From positions 1 through 33,201 of the forward strand of contig JAOZKZ010000004.1 in assembly GCA_029935075.1 (NCBI GenBank): DNA of 33,201 nucleotides, in the 5' to 3' direction. This document shows, piece by piece, positions 1-7,674 of the stretch. Position 1 is the first letter of the stretch. Every line of letters starts with the position of its first letter. The notes below the pieces were generated by a model. The model was given only the letters and a program-made list of their open reading frames with translations. It did not search any database and was not told where the DNA came from. A program made the position numbers and the translations under genes. The DNA is from Campylobacterales bacterium. Lineage in GTDB: Bacteria; Campylobacterota; Campylobacteria; Campylobacterales; QNZT01.

Positions 1-25
1 TTTCCGTGAACATCTCTTTAAACAT
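1..25 (-). CDS. 5' end of a gene running off the window (MFKEMFTE...), possible capsid-targeted protein
   Basis: ATG at 25 with upstream AAGGA SD; late (43-50) and early (50-72) promoters directly upstream; only 8 codons visible. Confidence 0.5.
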
Positions 26-42
26 TTATTATCCTTTTCTTA

Positions 43-72
43 TATTTATATTATACCATAAAAGGGCTTAAA
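43..72 (-). promoter_or_regulatory. Tandem early promoter (TTTAAG-N8-TGGTATAAT) and late promoter (TATAAATA)
   Basis: Both consensus motifs read directly on the minus strand. Confidence 0.7.
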
Positions 73-86
73 AGGGACTGAAAAGA

Positions 87-166
87 ATTTATGTTATAGT
101 GTAAATACACCCGTTTTACCAAAGAAAACACCCCAAAAAGAGGGGTATTTATGTTATGGTGTAAAT
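87..166. repeat. 20-bp direct repeat ATTTATGTTATRGTGTAAAT, two copies with 60-bp period
   Basis: 87-106 and 147-166 match at 19/20 positions; a short CCCC/GGGG hairpin lies between them. Confidence 0.75.
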
Positions 167-1050
167 CAAGCGGAGAAAATACCCAAGGCTTCTGAATACC
201 TTGATAGCAATTCTTCATCTAATTTGTCTATCTCTGTTTGAGCTTCTTGTGCTAATTTATCATAGTTAATAGTAGCCCCACCAATAAGGCTCTGAGAATA
301 CTTGCCAACATTTCCTGACCAGACCCTTTTAGCCAAATTTAGGCTATAAGCCTTAATCCATGGATGACCATAAGCGTCATCAAAGTCAGGGTTTGGTCTG
401 TACTCCAGAGCCGCTTCTATAAAGACATTGGCACCAACGGATTCAAATATTCTTAGTATATGTGTTTGATTATTAAAATCAAAAGCCACTGAAGACCCAA
501 ACATTGAACCCATCATTTGAGATTGAACCATCTGTGTATAGGCTACTTCCATTTGTTCCAATGGATTCCCAGAGGTAGCAGGACCACCTGTGACACCACC
601 TGCCACACCAGTAGCAGAATAGTTCCCTGAACCAGAGCCTGTTTCTAATGATGATACATTACCTTGAAGGTCAACATAAGGGATATAAGATATACCTATT
701 TCACCGAAACCACCAAGGGATATCCCTGCTCCCCCGGCATTATTGTAGCTTGATGTAGAATCCGCTATATTAATACCATAGATAGCCGTAATCCTGTCGT
801 CTATGTAGTAATCCTGTATATCAGAGGTACAAGGGATAACAAACCCCATGTTTTGTTGACCGTCCAGGGCGAAGGCGGAAAATTTGTCGAAACTGTCGTC
901 AATGCAATTCAGGATTTGTTTCCTTGAGATATCTATTGTGATCATTCCTGAGCCAAGCTGTGTTTTAATGTAATCTACTAAACGAGCTTCAGTGTTTACT
1001 CTTCTTGAGTTCTGGGCAAGGTTGATGTTTTTTGGTTGATTTCTAGTCAT
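166..1050 (-). CDS. gp13: T4 gp13-like neck (head-tail adaptor) protein
   Basis: N-terminal YIKTQLG..ITIDIS..QILNCIDDS and C-terminal WIKAYSLNLAKRVW..NVGKY..L.GGATIN....QEAQTEI..L.EEL are typical of gp13; head-module context. Confidence 0.85.
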   Translation of the reverse strand: MTRNQPKNINLAQNSRRVNTEARLVDYIKTQLGSGMITIDISRKQILNCIDDSFDKFSAFALDGQQNMGFVIPCTSDIQDYYIDDRITAIYGINIADSTSSYNNAGGAGISLGGFGEIGISYIPYVDLQGNVSSLETGSGSGNYSATGVAGGVTGGPATSGNPLEQMEVAYTQMVQSQMMGSMFGSSVAFDFNNQTHILRIFESVGANVFIEAALEYRPNPDFDDAYGHPWIKAYSLNLAKRVWSGNVGKYSQSLIGGATINYDKLAQEAQTEIDKLDEELLSRYSEALGIFSA

Positions 1051-1067
1051 TCCTTTTCCTTTTTAAA

Positions 1068-1079
1068 TATTTATAAATA
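1068..1079. promoter_or_regulatory. Overlapping divergent T4-type late promoters (palindrome TATTTATAAATA)
   Basis: TATAAATA on minus (1068-1075, drives gp13) and on plus (1072-1079). Confidence 0.8.
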
Positions 1080-1157
1080 AAGTGTAAGTTGATGAGATTA
1101 ATTACCTTTCTTGATTCCTGGTTGAGATAGCCTTACAATACTTAAAACAGGAACTTA
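1080..1157 (+). ncRNA. Conserved structured 5' leader, copy 1 (multi-stem, loop-RBS pseudoknot)
   Basis: AAGTGTAAGTTGATG...AGATAGCCTTACAA shared with 6603-6679(-) and 31851-31932(+); loop TCCTG (1116-1120) is complementary to CAGGA (1148-1152). Confidence 0.7.
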
Positions 1158-2234
1158 ATGAATAAAAGAAAAACCACTAATCAATTTATAAAAGAAGCTC
1201 AAGTTAAACATAACAATTTCTACGGCTATAAAAAAGTTTTTTATAAAAATAATTACACACCAATAACCATAACATGCCCCGTGCATGGTGATTTTGAGAA
1301 AAGACCATCACATCATTTAACGGGCTCTGGGTGTCCAAGTTGTTTAAAGTGTCACAAAAGAAAAACCACTACTCAATTCATAAAAGAAGCTCAAGCTAAA
1401 CATAACAATTTTTACGGCTATGATAAAGCAGTATATATTACTAATAGAACATCAATAACCATAACATGCCCCGTGCATGGTGATTTTGAACAAAGACCAT
1501 CACATCATTTAAAAGGTTCTGGTTGTAAATGTTGTTCAGACACAAAACGAAACAATGATCAAAAAGATACTGTTTTGTCTTTTGTTGAAAAGGCAAACAT
1601 AAAACATAAAAACCATTACGGTTATGATAAAGTAATCTATATATCATCATCAGAGAAGGTAAAAATAACATGCCCCGTGCATGGTGATTTTGAACAAATA
1701 CCTAACTCCCATTTAAGGGGGTCAGGTTGTCCAAGTTGTGGTGTTAAAAATACACCTATAAAAAATTTCATAAAAAGATGTCAAAAAATCCACAACAATT
1801 TTTACAACTATGACAAGGTTTTATACAATATACTATCTGATAAAGTAACTATAACATGCCCCGTGCATGGTGATTTTGAACAAAATGGTAATTGTCATTT
1901 AAGGGGTCAGGGTTGTCCAAGTTGTGGAAATACAAAGAGCATCATTAGTAAATACAAGGATAAACAAACTACTATATACTATATATATTTTCCAGAGTTT
2001 AATTTGTATAAGATTGGTTTAACCCAATCAAGCATAAAAAGAAGATATGAGCAAGACAATATAAAAATAGAAACAATATCAACAAAAATATTTAAGGATG
2101 GTTCAGATGCTCTTAAACTTGAACAAAATGTTTTAAAATACTATAAAAAATACCAGTACAAAGGGAAGAAAATACTTAAAGGTGGAAATACTGAATTGTT
2201 TACTGAGGATGTTTTGTCAGACTTTTATAAATAA
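1158..2234 (+). CDS. Putative homing endonuclease: four Zn-ribbon repeats (DUF723/CapR-like) plus C-terminal GIY-YIG-like domain
   Basis: 4x ITCPVHGDFEQ..HL.G.GC..C; C-terminal TIYYIYF..NLYKIGLT..IKRR..LEQ..GNTELF. Confidence 0.75.
   Translation: MNKRKTTNQFIKEAQVKHNNFYGYKKVFYKNNYTPITITCPVHGDFEKRPSHHLTGSGCPSCLKCHKRKTTTQFIKEAQAKHNNFYGYDKAVYITNRTSITITCPVHGDFEQRPSHHLKGSGCKCCSDTKRNNDQKDTVLSFVEKANIKHKNHYGYDKVIYISSSEKVKITCPVHGDFEQIPNSHLRGSGCPSCGVKNTPIKNFIKRCQKIHNNFYNYDKVLYNILSDKVTITCPVHGDFEQNGNCHLRGQGCPSCGNTKSIISKYKDKQTTIYYIYFPEFNLYKIGLTQSSIKRRYEQDNIKIETISTKIFKDGSDALKLEQNVLKYYKKYQYKGKKILKGGNTELFTEDVLSDFYK
2226..2233 (+). promoter_or_regulatory. Late promoter TATAAATA for portal gene
   Basis: Exact consensus about 20 bp upstream of the portal ATG; overlaps the stop of the upstream endonuclease. 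Confidence 0.8.
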
Positions 2235-2252
2235 CCAAAAAGAAGGAAATTA

Positions 2253-3788
2253 ATGACCTTATTTGAGAAATTAAAAAAATCTTTTACCAGAGATGATACC
2301 TCTATTAAGAACCCTAGTTCTGAAACAGACCTGATTCACAGAACCAAGGAACTAACCAACGATCCTTTTGGCGGAAGTATGGTACTTTCACAGGTAGACA
2401 ACCAGGACTATAACTTCAACCAGGGATTAGATGTACAGACATTCCAGAACTCTATTATCGAAAGATACAGGGAACTAGCAACTGATTCTGAAGTTTCTTC
2501 AGGCATAGACATCATAATCATGGAAATGATATACACTATCAATAAAGACACCTTCAAGATAGACATAGACGAAGAAAACGACAAAATTAAAGACCTTTTA
2601 TCTAAGACCTTTGATGATGTCTTGGCTTTATTGAATATAAAAGAAAACATTTTCAATATATGTAGACAATGTTATATAGATGGTCAGTTAAATGTAGCAT
2701 TGGTTTATCAACAAGGCAAGGTAAAAGAAGGAATAAAAAAATCATATCTCCTGGAACCCCAAGGGCTTTATTACGACAAAGCCTCTGAATCTTGGAAGTA
2801 CTCAGAGGATACTAATAACAACAGTCTTTATCAACAAGACGACACCAAAGGCGAAGTGTATTCAGAATCTGAATTAGTCCATGTTGACTTCGGTTTGTAT
2901 AGTAAATTCATAGATGATTCCAAACAGACTACTCAGATTAACCTTGGGTACCTTGAAGGTGTCTTCAAGAATGCCAATATGCTTCAGACCCTTGAAAATA
3001 TGCTTGTGCCTATGCGTTACTCTAGGTCAGTTTCAAGAAGAATGTTCAATATAGATGTTGCCGATCTGCCCCCAAAGCAAGCCAAAGAACTAATGGATAA
3101 AATCCGTAATGAGTTCAGGTATAAAAAATCTTATGACCCAAGTACAGGTGTTATCAAAAACATCAAGAGTACCCAGCCAATGGTAGAGGATTACTGGATG
3201 AGCAACCGTTCAGGGGCAAGAGGAACCACCGTAGATACCATGGATGAAAAGGGTGGTTTAATGGACATGGAAGACATCAGATACACTGCCAAAAAACTAT
3301 ACCAGAGTATGAAAATTCCATCATCAAGGAACCCTTATTCAGAAGAACAGCCGTCTTTTAGCTTTGATGACACCAGTATCACCCAAGAAGAACTATCTTT
3401 TTATATATTTGTATCCAGGCTGAGAATACCTATTACAAAGATGATTAAAGAAATCATGCGTAGACAACTAGTATCTACTGGTCAAATGACAGACACAGAG
3501 TGGAAAAATTTCGAGAAAAAAATAAATGTGTCTTTTACTAATGATGCTATTTTCCTAGAGAATATGAAAGCAGAGTTGTTCTTAAAGGCGATAGAAAACT
3601 TCGCTGGAATAAAAGACAACATAGGTGAGACAATCTCGTTACAAACAGCCGTAGAAAACACCTTTGGTTGGAGCACTGAACAACTCGATACAGAGTTAGA
3701 GAAAATGCTAAAAGAGCAAGAAAATCCCCTTTATTCTGCATTTTATGGTAGAAATGAAGAGGGTGATAATGACCCTTGGGCTTCTTAA
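2253..3788 (+). CDS. gp20: Portal vertex protein
   Basis: YRELA..EV..GID.I, YIDG, R.SR...RRMFNIDVADLP..QA, MVEDYW...RSG.RGT.VDT, DI.Y..KKLY.SMKIPSSR, ITQEEL.F..FV.RLR motifs of T4 gp20. Confidence 0.95.
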   Translation: MTLFEKLKKSFTRDDTSIKNPSSETDLIHRTKELTNDPFGGSMVLSQVDNQDYNFNQGLDVQTFQNSIIERYRELATDSEVSSGIDIIIMEMIYTINKDTFKIDIDEENDKIKDLLSKTFDDVLALLNIKENIFNICRQCYIDGQLNVALVYQQGKVKEGIKKSYLLEPQGLYYDKASESWKYSEDTNNNSLYQQDDTKGEVYSESELVHVDFGLYSKFIDDSKQTTQINLGYLEGVFKNANMLQTLENMLVPMRYSRSVSRRMFNIDVADLPPKQAKELMDKIRNEFRYKKSYDPSTGVIKNIKSTQPMVEDYWMSNRSGARGTTVDTMDEKGGLMDMEDIRYTAKKLYQSMKIPSSRNPYSEEQPSFSFDDTSITQEELSFYIFVSRLRIPITKMIKEIMRRQLVSTGQMTDTEWKNFEKKINVSFTNDAIFLENMKAELFLKAIENFAGIKDNIGETISLQTAVENTFGWSTEQLDTELEKMLKEQENPLYSAFYGRNEEGDNDPWAS

Positions 3789-4522
3789 CTTAAAAACCCC
3801 TTTAAGAAATTCTTTATCACCTTGCCTTGCTTTGGATATTTTTTCTTAATCAAGGTGTAAATCAAAGAACCACCGAATAAAATAGGTGTGCTCCCAGGCC
3901 AAGGAAATGATAACCCCAAGAGACCCCCAGCAGTAACAAATGTCAAGAACTTGGCACCCTCTGGTCCAGTCAAGAGATCAACAAGGTTAACATTACCTCT
4001 GATTGCCTGAAACAGGGCTTCTTGATCAAAATCAAAATCAACATCCCCAGTGAATGCTATTGTATTAGTCCATACATAAATTAACAGCCCTGCCAGAACA
4101 AGCCCTGATATTTTCTTTATTTTAGGGTTATTGTCCAGGAACACTTGGAGTTTTCTAATTTGCTCTTCAGAGGCATTAAAAGCCTTGTTCTTGGAGATAA
4201 AAATACCTATTTCATTTATAAGGGTCTTGTATCCTTGGTAGCCTTTTTTGACATACCCCAGGACTTTGTTTAAGTCCCAGTTGAACTCCTTGAACAACTC
4301 AAATATACTCTTCTCTTTAAATATCTTCAAGACATCCAAGAAACCCATGCCTATTTTTTGACTAAAGTTTTTGATAAACCCGAAGGCTTCCTTTAGCTTA
4401 TCAGGGATTTTGAGGTCTTGTAGGTTTCCTTCTAATAACAAGGTTTCGTATTCATTAGAAACCTCAAGGAATAGCTCGTACTCTGATATCTGGGGTTCTT
4501 TAAGGTATTGTTTAAAAGTCAT
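3785..4522 (-). CDS. Late hypothetical protein with CTS-like N-terminus (MTFKQYLKE) and hydrophobic C-terminal segments
   Basis: Long ORF; TATAAATA at 4546-4553 (-); start is 4522 (ATG) or 4528 (GTG). Confidence 0.7.
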   Translation of the reverse strand: MTFKQYLKEPQISEYELFLEVSNEYETLLLEGNLQDLKIPDKLKEAFGFIKNFSQKIGMGFLDVLKIFKEKSIFELFKEFNWDLNKVLGYVKKGYQGYKTLINEIGIFISKNKAFNASEEQIRKLQVFLDNNPKIKKISGLVLAGLLIYVWTNTIAFTGDVDFDFDQEALFQAIRGNVNLVDLLTGPEGAKFLTFVTAGGLLGLSFPWPGSTPILFGGSLIYTLIKKKYPKQGKVIKNFLKGFLS

Positions 4523-4548
4523 TGGCACAGGATAGCCTTTTTGGTTAT

Positions 4549-5610
4549 TTATACCTCGTGTGATTGGTGTATCATATCAAATTCCGTATAGTCAGGGTAA
4601 ACGAACCTCTGCATCATGTTGTCATAGACCTCTTCAGGAATTTTTTTATCTTTAGTATTTCTACCGAGACATGTATCCTTGGACTCCAAAAAGACTATAC
4701 ATTTCTTAAAATAACCTTTTAGTTTACTGTCGTGGAGCCATTTCTTACGGCTTTTTTTAGACATATTCGTCATGTCTATTACTATATCCTTCTGGTCTCT
4801 AAGGGCACCTTGAAAATCTTGTTGTATCTTTTTATCTATCTCTTTATGCTCTTCTTTCCCGAGCCTTAAGAAAACTTCATTGTAAGTCTCATTATTAGAA
4901 TATTCCATCAGGGTGTCATCCCTTGATATAATTACCACCCCGCTATCAGGGTTTTGTTCCTTGAGGTATCTTGCCTTGGTACTCTTACCGCTACTGGGTA
5001 AGCCTACCAAGAGAGTGATCATCCTTGGGGGTAGAACCTTAGTTTGGTCTTCTTTATACCATCTCAGGATATCATCAAAGTCATGGTATACCTCGTGATT
5101 ATCCTTTGCATTGTTTACCCTGCCTTGGTGGTCGTATCGGTAAAACCTGAACATATCCTTCAGGTCTTCTTTTCTGAATCTTTCCCTGATTTTTTTAAAG
5201 TGTTTCTCAGGAATTCTTTGGTCTTCAAAAAAGTTATACAAGGCACCATGGTTGGCTATCACCTTAAGGATTCTTGCTTTATCCCATGGCTCAAGCTCAG
5301 GGAAGCTTTTTATTACCCCTGCGGCATAGAATGTGCTCACTGCTTCATGGTTATTGAATCTTCGTCTTTGGTTACTAAAGTTGTCCTGAAAGACAAAGAC
5401 CTTACCTATATCATGACACAAACAAGCCACCTTCATCCAGAGGTCGCTTTGCTCTGCTTCTTTTAAGACCATTAGGGTGTGAGCCCAGACATTTTCGGCA
5501 TGCATAGGGTTTAAATGAATACCCAAGTAACCGTGTTCGGTTTCCTTCATCAGTTTATACAAATCGTAATGATTCTCGTAAAAACGCTCTATAACTTCAT
5601 AAGTAGTCAT
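4549..5610 (-). CDS. HD-domain phosphohydrolase fused to P-loop (AAA_33/Pnk-like) kinase
   Basis: H.ENVWAHT..V, CLCHDIGK, NHEAVS, ANHG, DHQGR; then LLVGLPSSGKST, ISRDD, IVIDMTN; ATG at 5610 with GGAG SD. Confidence 0.85.
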   Translation of the reverse strand: MTTYEVIERFYENHYDLYKLMKETEHGYLGIHLNPMHAENVWAHTLMVLKEAEQSDLWMKVACLCHDIGKVFVFQDNFSNQRRRFNNHEAVSTFYAAGVIKSFPELEPWDKARILKVIANHGALYNFFEDQRIPEKHFKKIRERFRKEDLKDMFRFYRYDHQGRVNNAKDNHEVYHDFDDILRWYKEDQTKVLPPRMITLLVGLPSSGKSTKARYLKEQNPDSGVVIISRDDTLMEYSNNETYNEVFLRLGKEEHKEIDKKIQQDFQGALRDQKDIVIDMTNMSKKSRKKWLHDSKLKGYFKKCIVFLESKDTCLGRNTKDKKIPEEVYDNMMQRFVYPDYTEFDMIHQSHEV

Positions 5611-5612
5611 TG

Positions 5613-6602
5613 TTAAATCTCCCACATTTTTAAATTTTTTGTTATCGGTTTTGAAAATACTCTCATATTACTTAAATGTTTATATTTAACGATAGATGTA
5701 TTCTTATTGATTCTATTTTTTATAAACTTCGATGTTGTGCCTATAGTTTTAGCAAATATTTCAAGTATATATTCATTAATAAATCTATATGTATTTTCAC
5801 CAATCTCAATAACAGTGACATTTCTTTTACTACACCCTGTCACATAGGGATTGTTCATAAATTCATCTAAATCGACTCTACGATATTCCATAGTTTTTAT
5901 ATTCAAAGATGATATAGTGTGTTTAGACAAAGTTGATAATTTGTCATGCCTATGTTGTTTCGTTTCTTTTGTTTCGTTTAGAAACTGGTTTTTAGCAGAA
6001 ATACTTCTAAAATTACTCCATGATTTTAGCTCATCTTGAGTCTTATTCTTCCAACATAGTGTTATTTTATCATTTCGTTTATCTTTATCATCTTGAGTCT
6101 TATTATTCCAATTTTCCTTAAGTTTTTGTGCACTCTCTTCTATCCTAGTCAATCCATTTTCTTGTACTGTTTTCATTGTTTTTTGTCGTTTCAATATACC
6201 TATTTTATCAGTACCACGGATTCTCATTGTTTCCCAAGCTTTTTTTGATGATCTTTGATAATCATTAATCCCGTTTTCATCCGGTGTTAATCTCCTTAAT
6301 ACTGTTTCTGGTTTTTCTCCTCCTCTTACACCACCATTACCACCCACACATAAATTATATGAAGTTCTATCTTGTACTATTGTTTCATCAACTATCATTC
6401 TTTCTATCCAAAACATTATCTCAGATGAGCGAAAAACACCTAGTACCAATTTCTCAAAATTTTCTTTTTTATATTTTAATACAGCTTGTTTTATTAGCAA
6501 TCCAGACCCTAAATATTCATCATTTATATCCAATGTTTGGTGAGCCCCAATGTAGTAATTATTGTTTATTTTATTTTTTGTTTCGTATATAGTATAATAC
6601 AT
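5613..6602 (-). CDS. Seg-like GIY-YIG homing endonuclease
   Basis: N-terminal YTIYETKNKINNNYYIGAH...YLGSG..I..A..KY..ENF.K...E......YNL..GG.GG. Confidence 0.85.
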   Translation of the reverse strand: MYYTIYETKNKINNNYYIGAHQTLDINDEYLGSGLLIKQAVLKYKKENFEKLVLGVFRSSEIMFWIERMIVDETIVQDRTSYNLCVGGNGGVRGGEKPETVLRRLTPDENGINDYQRSSKKAWETMRIRGTDKIGILKRQKTMKTVQENGLTRIEESAQKLKENWNNKTQDDKDKRNDKITLCWKNKTQDELKSWSNFRSISAKNQFLNETKETKQHRHDKLSTLSKHTISSLNIKTMEYRRVDLDEFMNNPYVTGCSKRNVTVIEIGENTYRFINEYILEIFAKTIGTTSKFIKNRINKNTSIVKYKHLSNMRVFSKPITKNLKMWEI

Positions 6603-6687
6603 GTATTCTCCATTTTAAGATTGTAAGGCTATCTTCATCGGAGAATGAAGAGGGTTCCGAACCCCATCAACTTACACTTTATTTATA
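6603..6687 (-). ncRNA. Late promoter plus conserved structured leader, copy 2
   Basis: Minus strand reads TATAAATA AAGTGTAAGTTGATG GGGTTCGGAACCC TCTTCAT-TCTCCG-ATGAAGA TAGCCTTACAA...TGGAGAATACATG. Confidence 0.7.
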
Positions 6688-6746
6688 AAGTTATACAATT
6701 CGTAATGATTTTCGTAAAATCTGTTAATAATTTCGTATGTGGTCAT
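6672..6746 (-). pseudogene. 24-codon stub duplicating the N-terminus of the HD/kinase gene
   Basis: MTTYEIINRFYENHYELYNFINKV* vs MTTYEVIERFYENHYDLYKLMKE at 5610; has its own AAGGA SD. Confidence 0.8.
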
Positions 6747-6771
6747 TTTATTTCCTTTTTGTTAAAAGTGC

Positions 6772-6960
6772 TTATAAAAAGTACTCAGGGTAATTTTCTA
6801 TTTGTTCCTCTGGGGTCATTCTTCTTACACTATCGGCATAATTTTTTGAGTTGGTATATGCATAATCATCAATGATGTTAAACTTCTTGTGTAATTTGTG
6901 ATTAAAAAACACACACTTCTCATCACCTATCAACATCACGGTTACTTGGAGTCTTTTCAT
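6772..6960 (-). CDS. Small protein with C-terminal YPEYFL tag
   Basis: ORF with SD; ends ENYPEYFL*. Confidence 0.75.
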   Translation of the reverse strand: MKRLQVTVMLIGDEKCVFFNHKLHKKFNIIDDYAYTNSKNYADSVRRMTPEEQIENYPEYFL

Positions 6961-6968
6961 TTTATCCC

Positions 6969-7124
6969 TTAGAGGTTATTAGTAAACTTAATCCTGCCAC
7001 ATTTGGTACATCTTGTGGTAAATTCTATGCCTATTTTTTCATCACCTTCATAAATTTCTGTTTTGCCTATAATCACATCGGTATGAAAACACCCTTGAAA
7101 AAGGAACACCAAAAGCCTAAGCAT
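6969..7124 (-). CDS. Small Zn-ribbon-like hypothetical protein
   Basis: C.H...CTKCG; start trimmed to ATG 7124 (AAGGA SD). Confidence 0.55.
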   Translation of the reverse strand: MLRLLVFLFQGCFHTDVIIGKTEIYEGDEKIGIEFTTRCTKCGRIKFTNNL

Positions 7125-7389
7125 TTTTATCCTTCTGGTTGAACCAGCTACAGTAATCGGAGTCATCTAGGATATCCCCCGAGATTGGACATTCGTGTGT
7201 GTCTCTTAGTTGACATTCTTTACAAGAACCTACTAAGGATACTATAGTTTCCATGCCTTTTACTTCAGCCTCGGTTGTCAAGTAGTGTAAGTTGTATTCA
7301 CTGTATTCATTAAACTCCCCAGAAGGTGCTTGTTGAATTTCTGGGGAGTTTAAATAATCTTGAAGTTTTTTTAGTGTTTTGTGTATCAT
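7117..7389 (-). CDS. Hypothetical protein (Cys-rich C-terminus)
   Basis: ORF with SD; CKEC..C....YCS.F. Confidence 0.65.
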   Translation of the reverse strand: MIHKTLKKLQDYLNSPEIQQAPSGEFNEYSEYNLHYLTTEAEVKGMETIVSLVGSCKECQLRDTHECPISGDILDDSDYCSWFNQKDKNA

Positions 7390-7398
7390 TATTTTTCC

Positions 7399-7587
7399 TT
7401 ATTCCTTGTAATCACTTAAAATTTCTGCTCTGATTTCATCGGGGCTTAGGACTCTTGTCATGACTCTTAAGACACCATTAAAATTAAGTGTTACTTTATG
7501 AACAAAGGTATCTTTAAGCATCGTGTTAGCAAGGTCTACCTGGTCTTGAAATTTATCACCAGCCTGGGGCTCTATTACTATATACAT
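7399..7587 (-). CDS. Hypothetical protein
   Basis: First gene after early promoter 7615-7637; start trimmed to ATG 7587. Confidence 0.65.
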   Translation of the reverse strand: MYIVIEPQAGDKFQDQVDLANTMLKDTFVHKVTLNFNGVLRVMTRVLSPDEIRAEILSDYKE

Positions 7588-7614
7588 ATCTTTCCTTTTT
7601 CTTAAATATGTCCT

Positions 7615-7637
7615 ATTATACCACACTTTGCCTTAAA
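7615..7637 (-). promoter_or_regulatory. Early (host sigma70-type) promoter TTTAAG-N8-TGGTATAAT
   Basis: Same motif at 50-72, 9859-9881, 11795, 12146-12168, 13190-13212, 14664-14686, 15764-15786, 16744-16766, 17359-17381, 18890-18912, 19312-19333, 29156-29178, 29648-29669 (all minus) and 25160-25181 (plus). Confidence 0.85.
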
Positions 7638-7674
7638 AGGAGGTTAAAATTTTGGACTAATACTGGACTAATAA

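Noticed and set aside
1083-1137. Conserved leader as a hammerhead ribozyme (UUGAUGA resembles CUGAUGA)
   Set aside because: The first core base is U rather than C and the required GAAA is not conserved in all three copies; self-cleavage is not supported, though it is cheap to test
1269-1879. 29-bp repeats spaced about 190-200 bp apart as a CRISPR array
   Set aside because: They are in-frame coding repeats (ITCPVHGDFE); spacers are too long and homologous to one another; no cas genes
5613-6687. Group I intron carrying the GIY-YIG gene
   Set aside because: No room for, or sign of, P/Q/R/S core elements; the downstream gene has its own complete start
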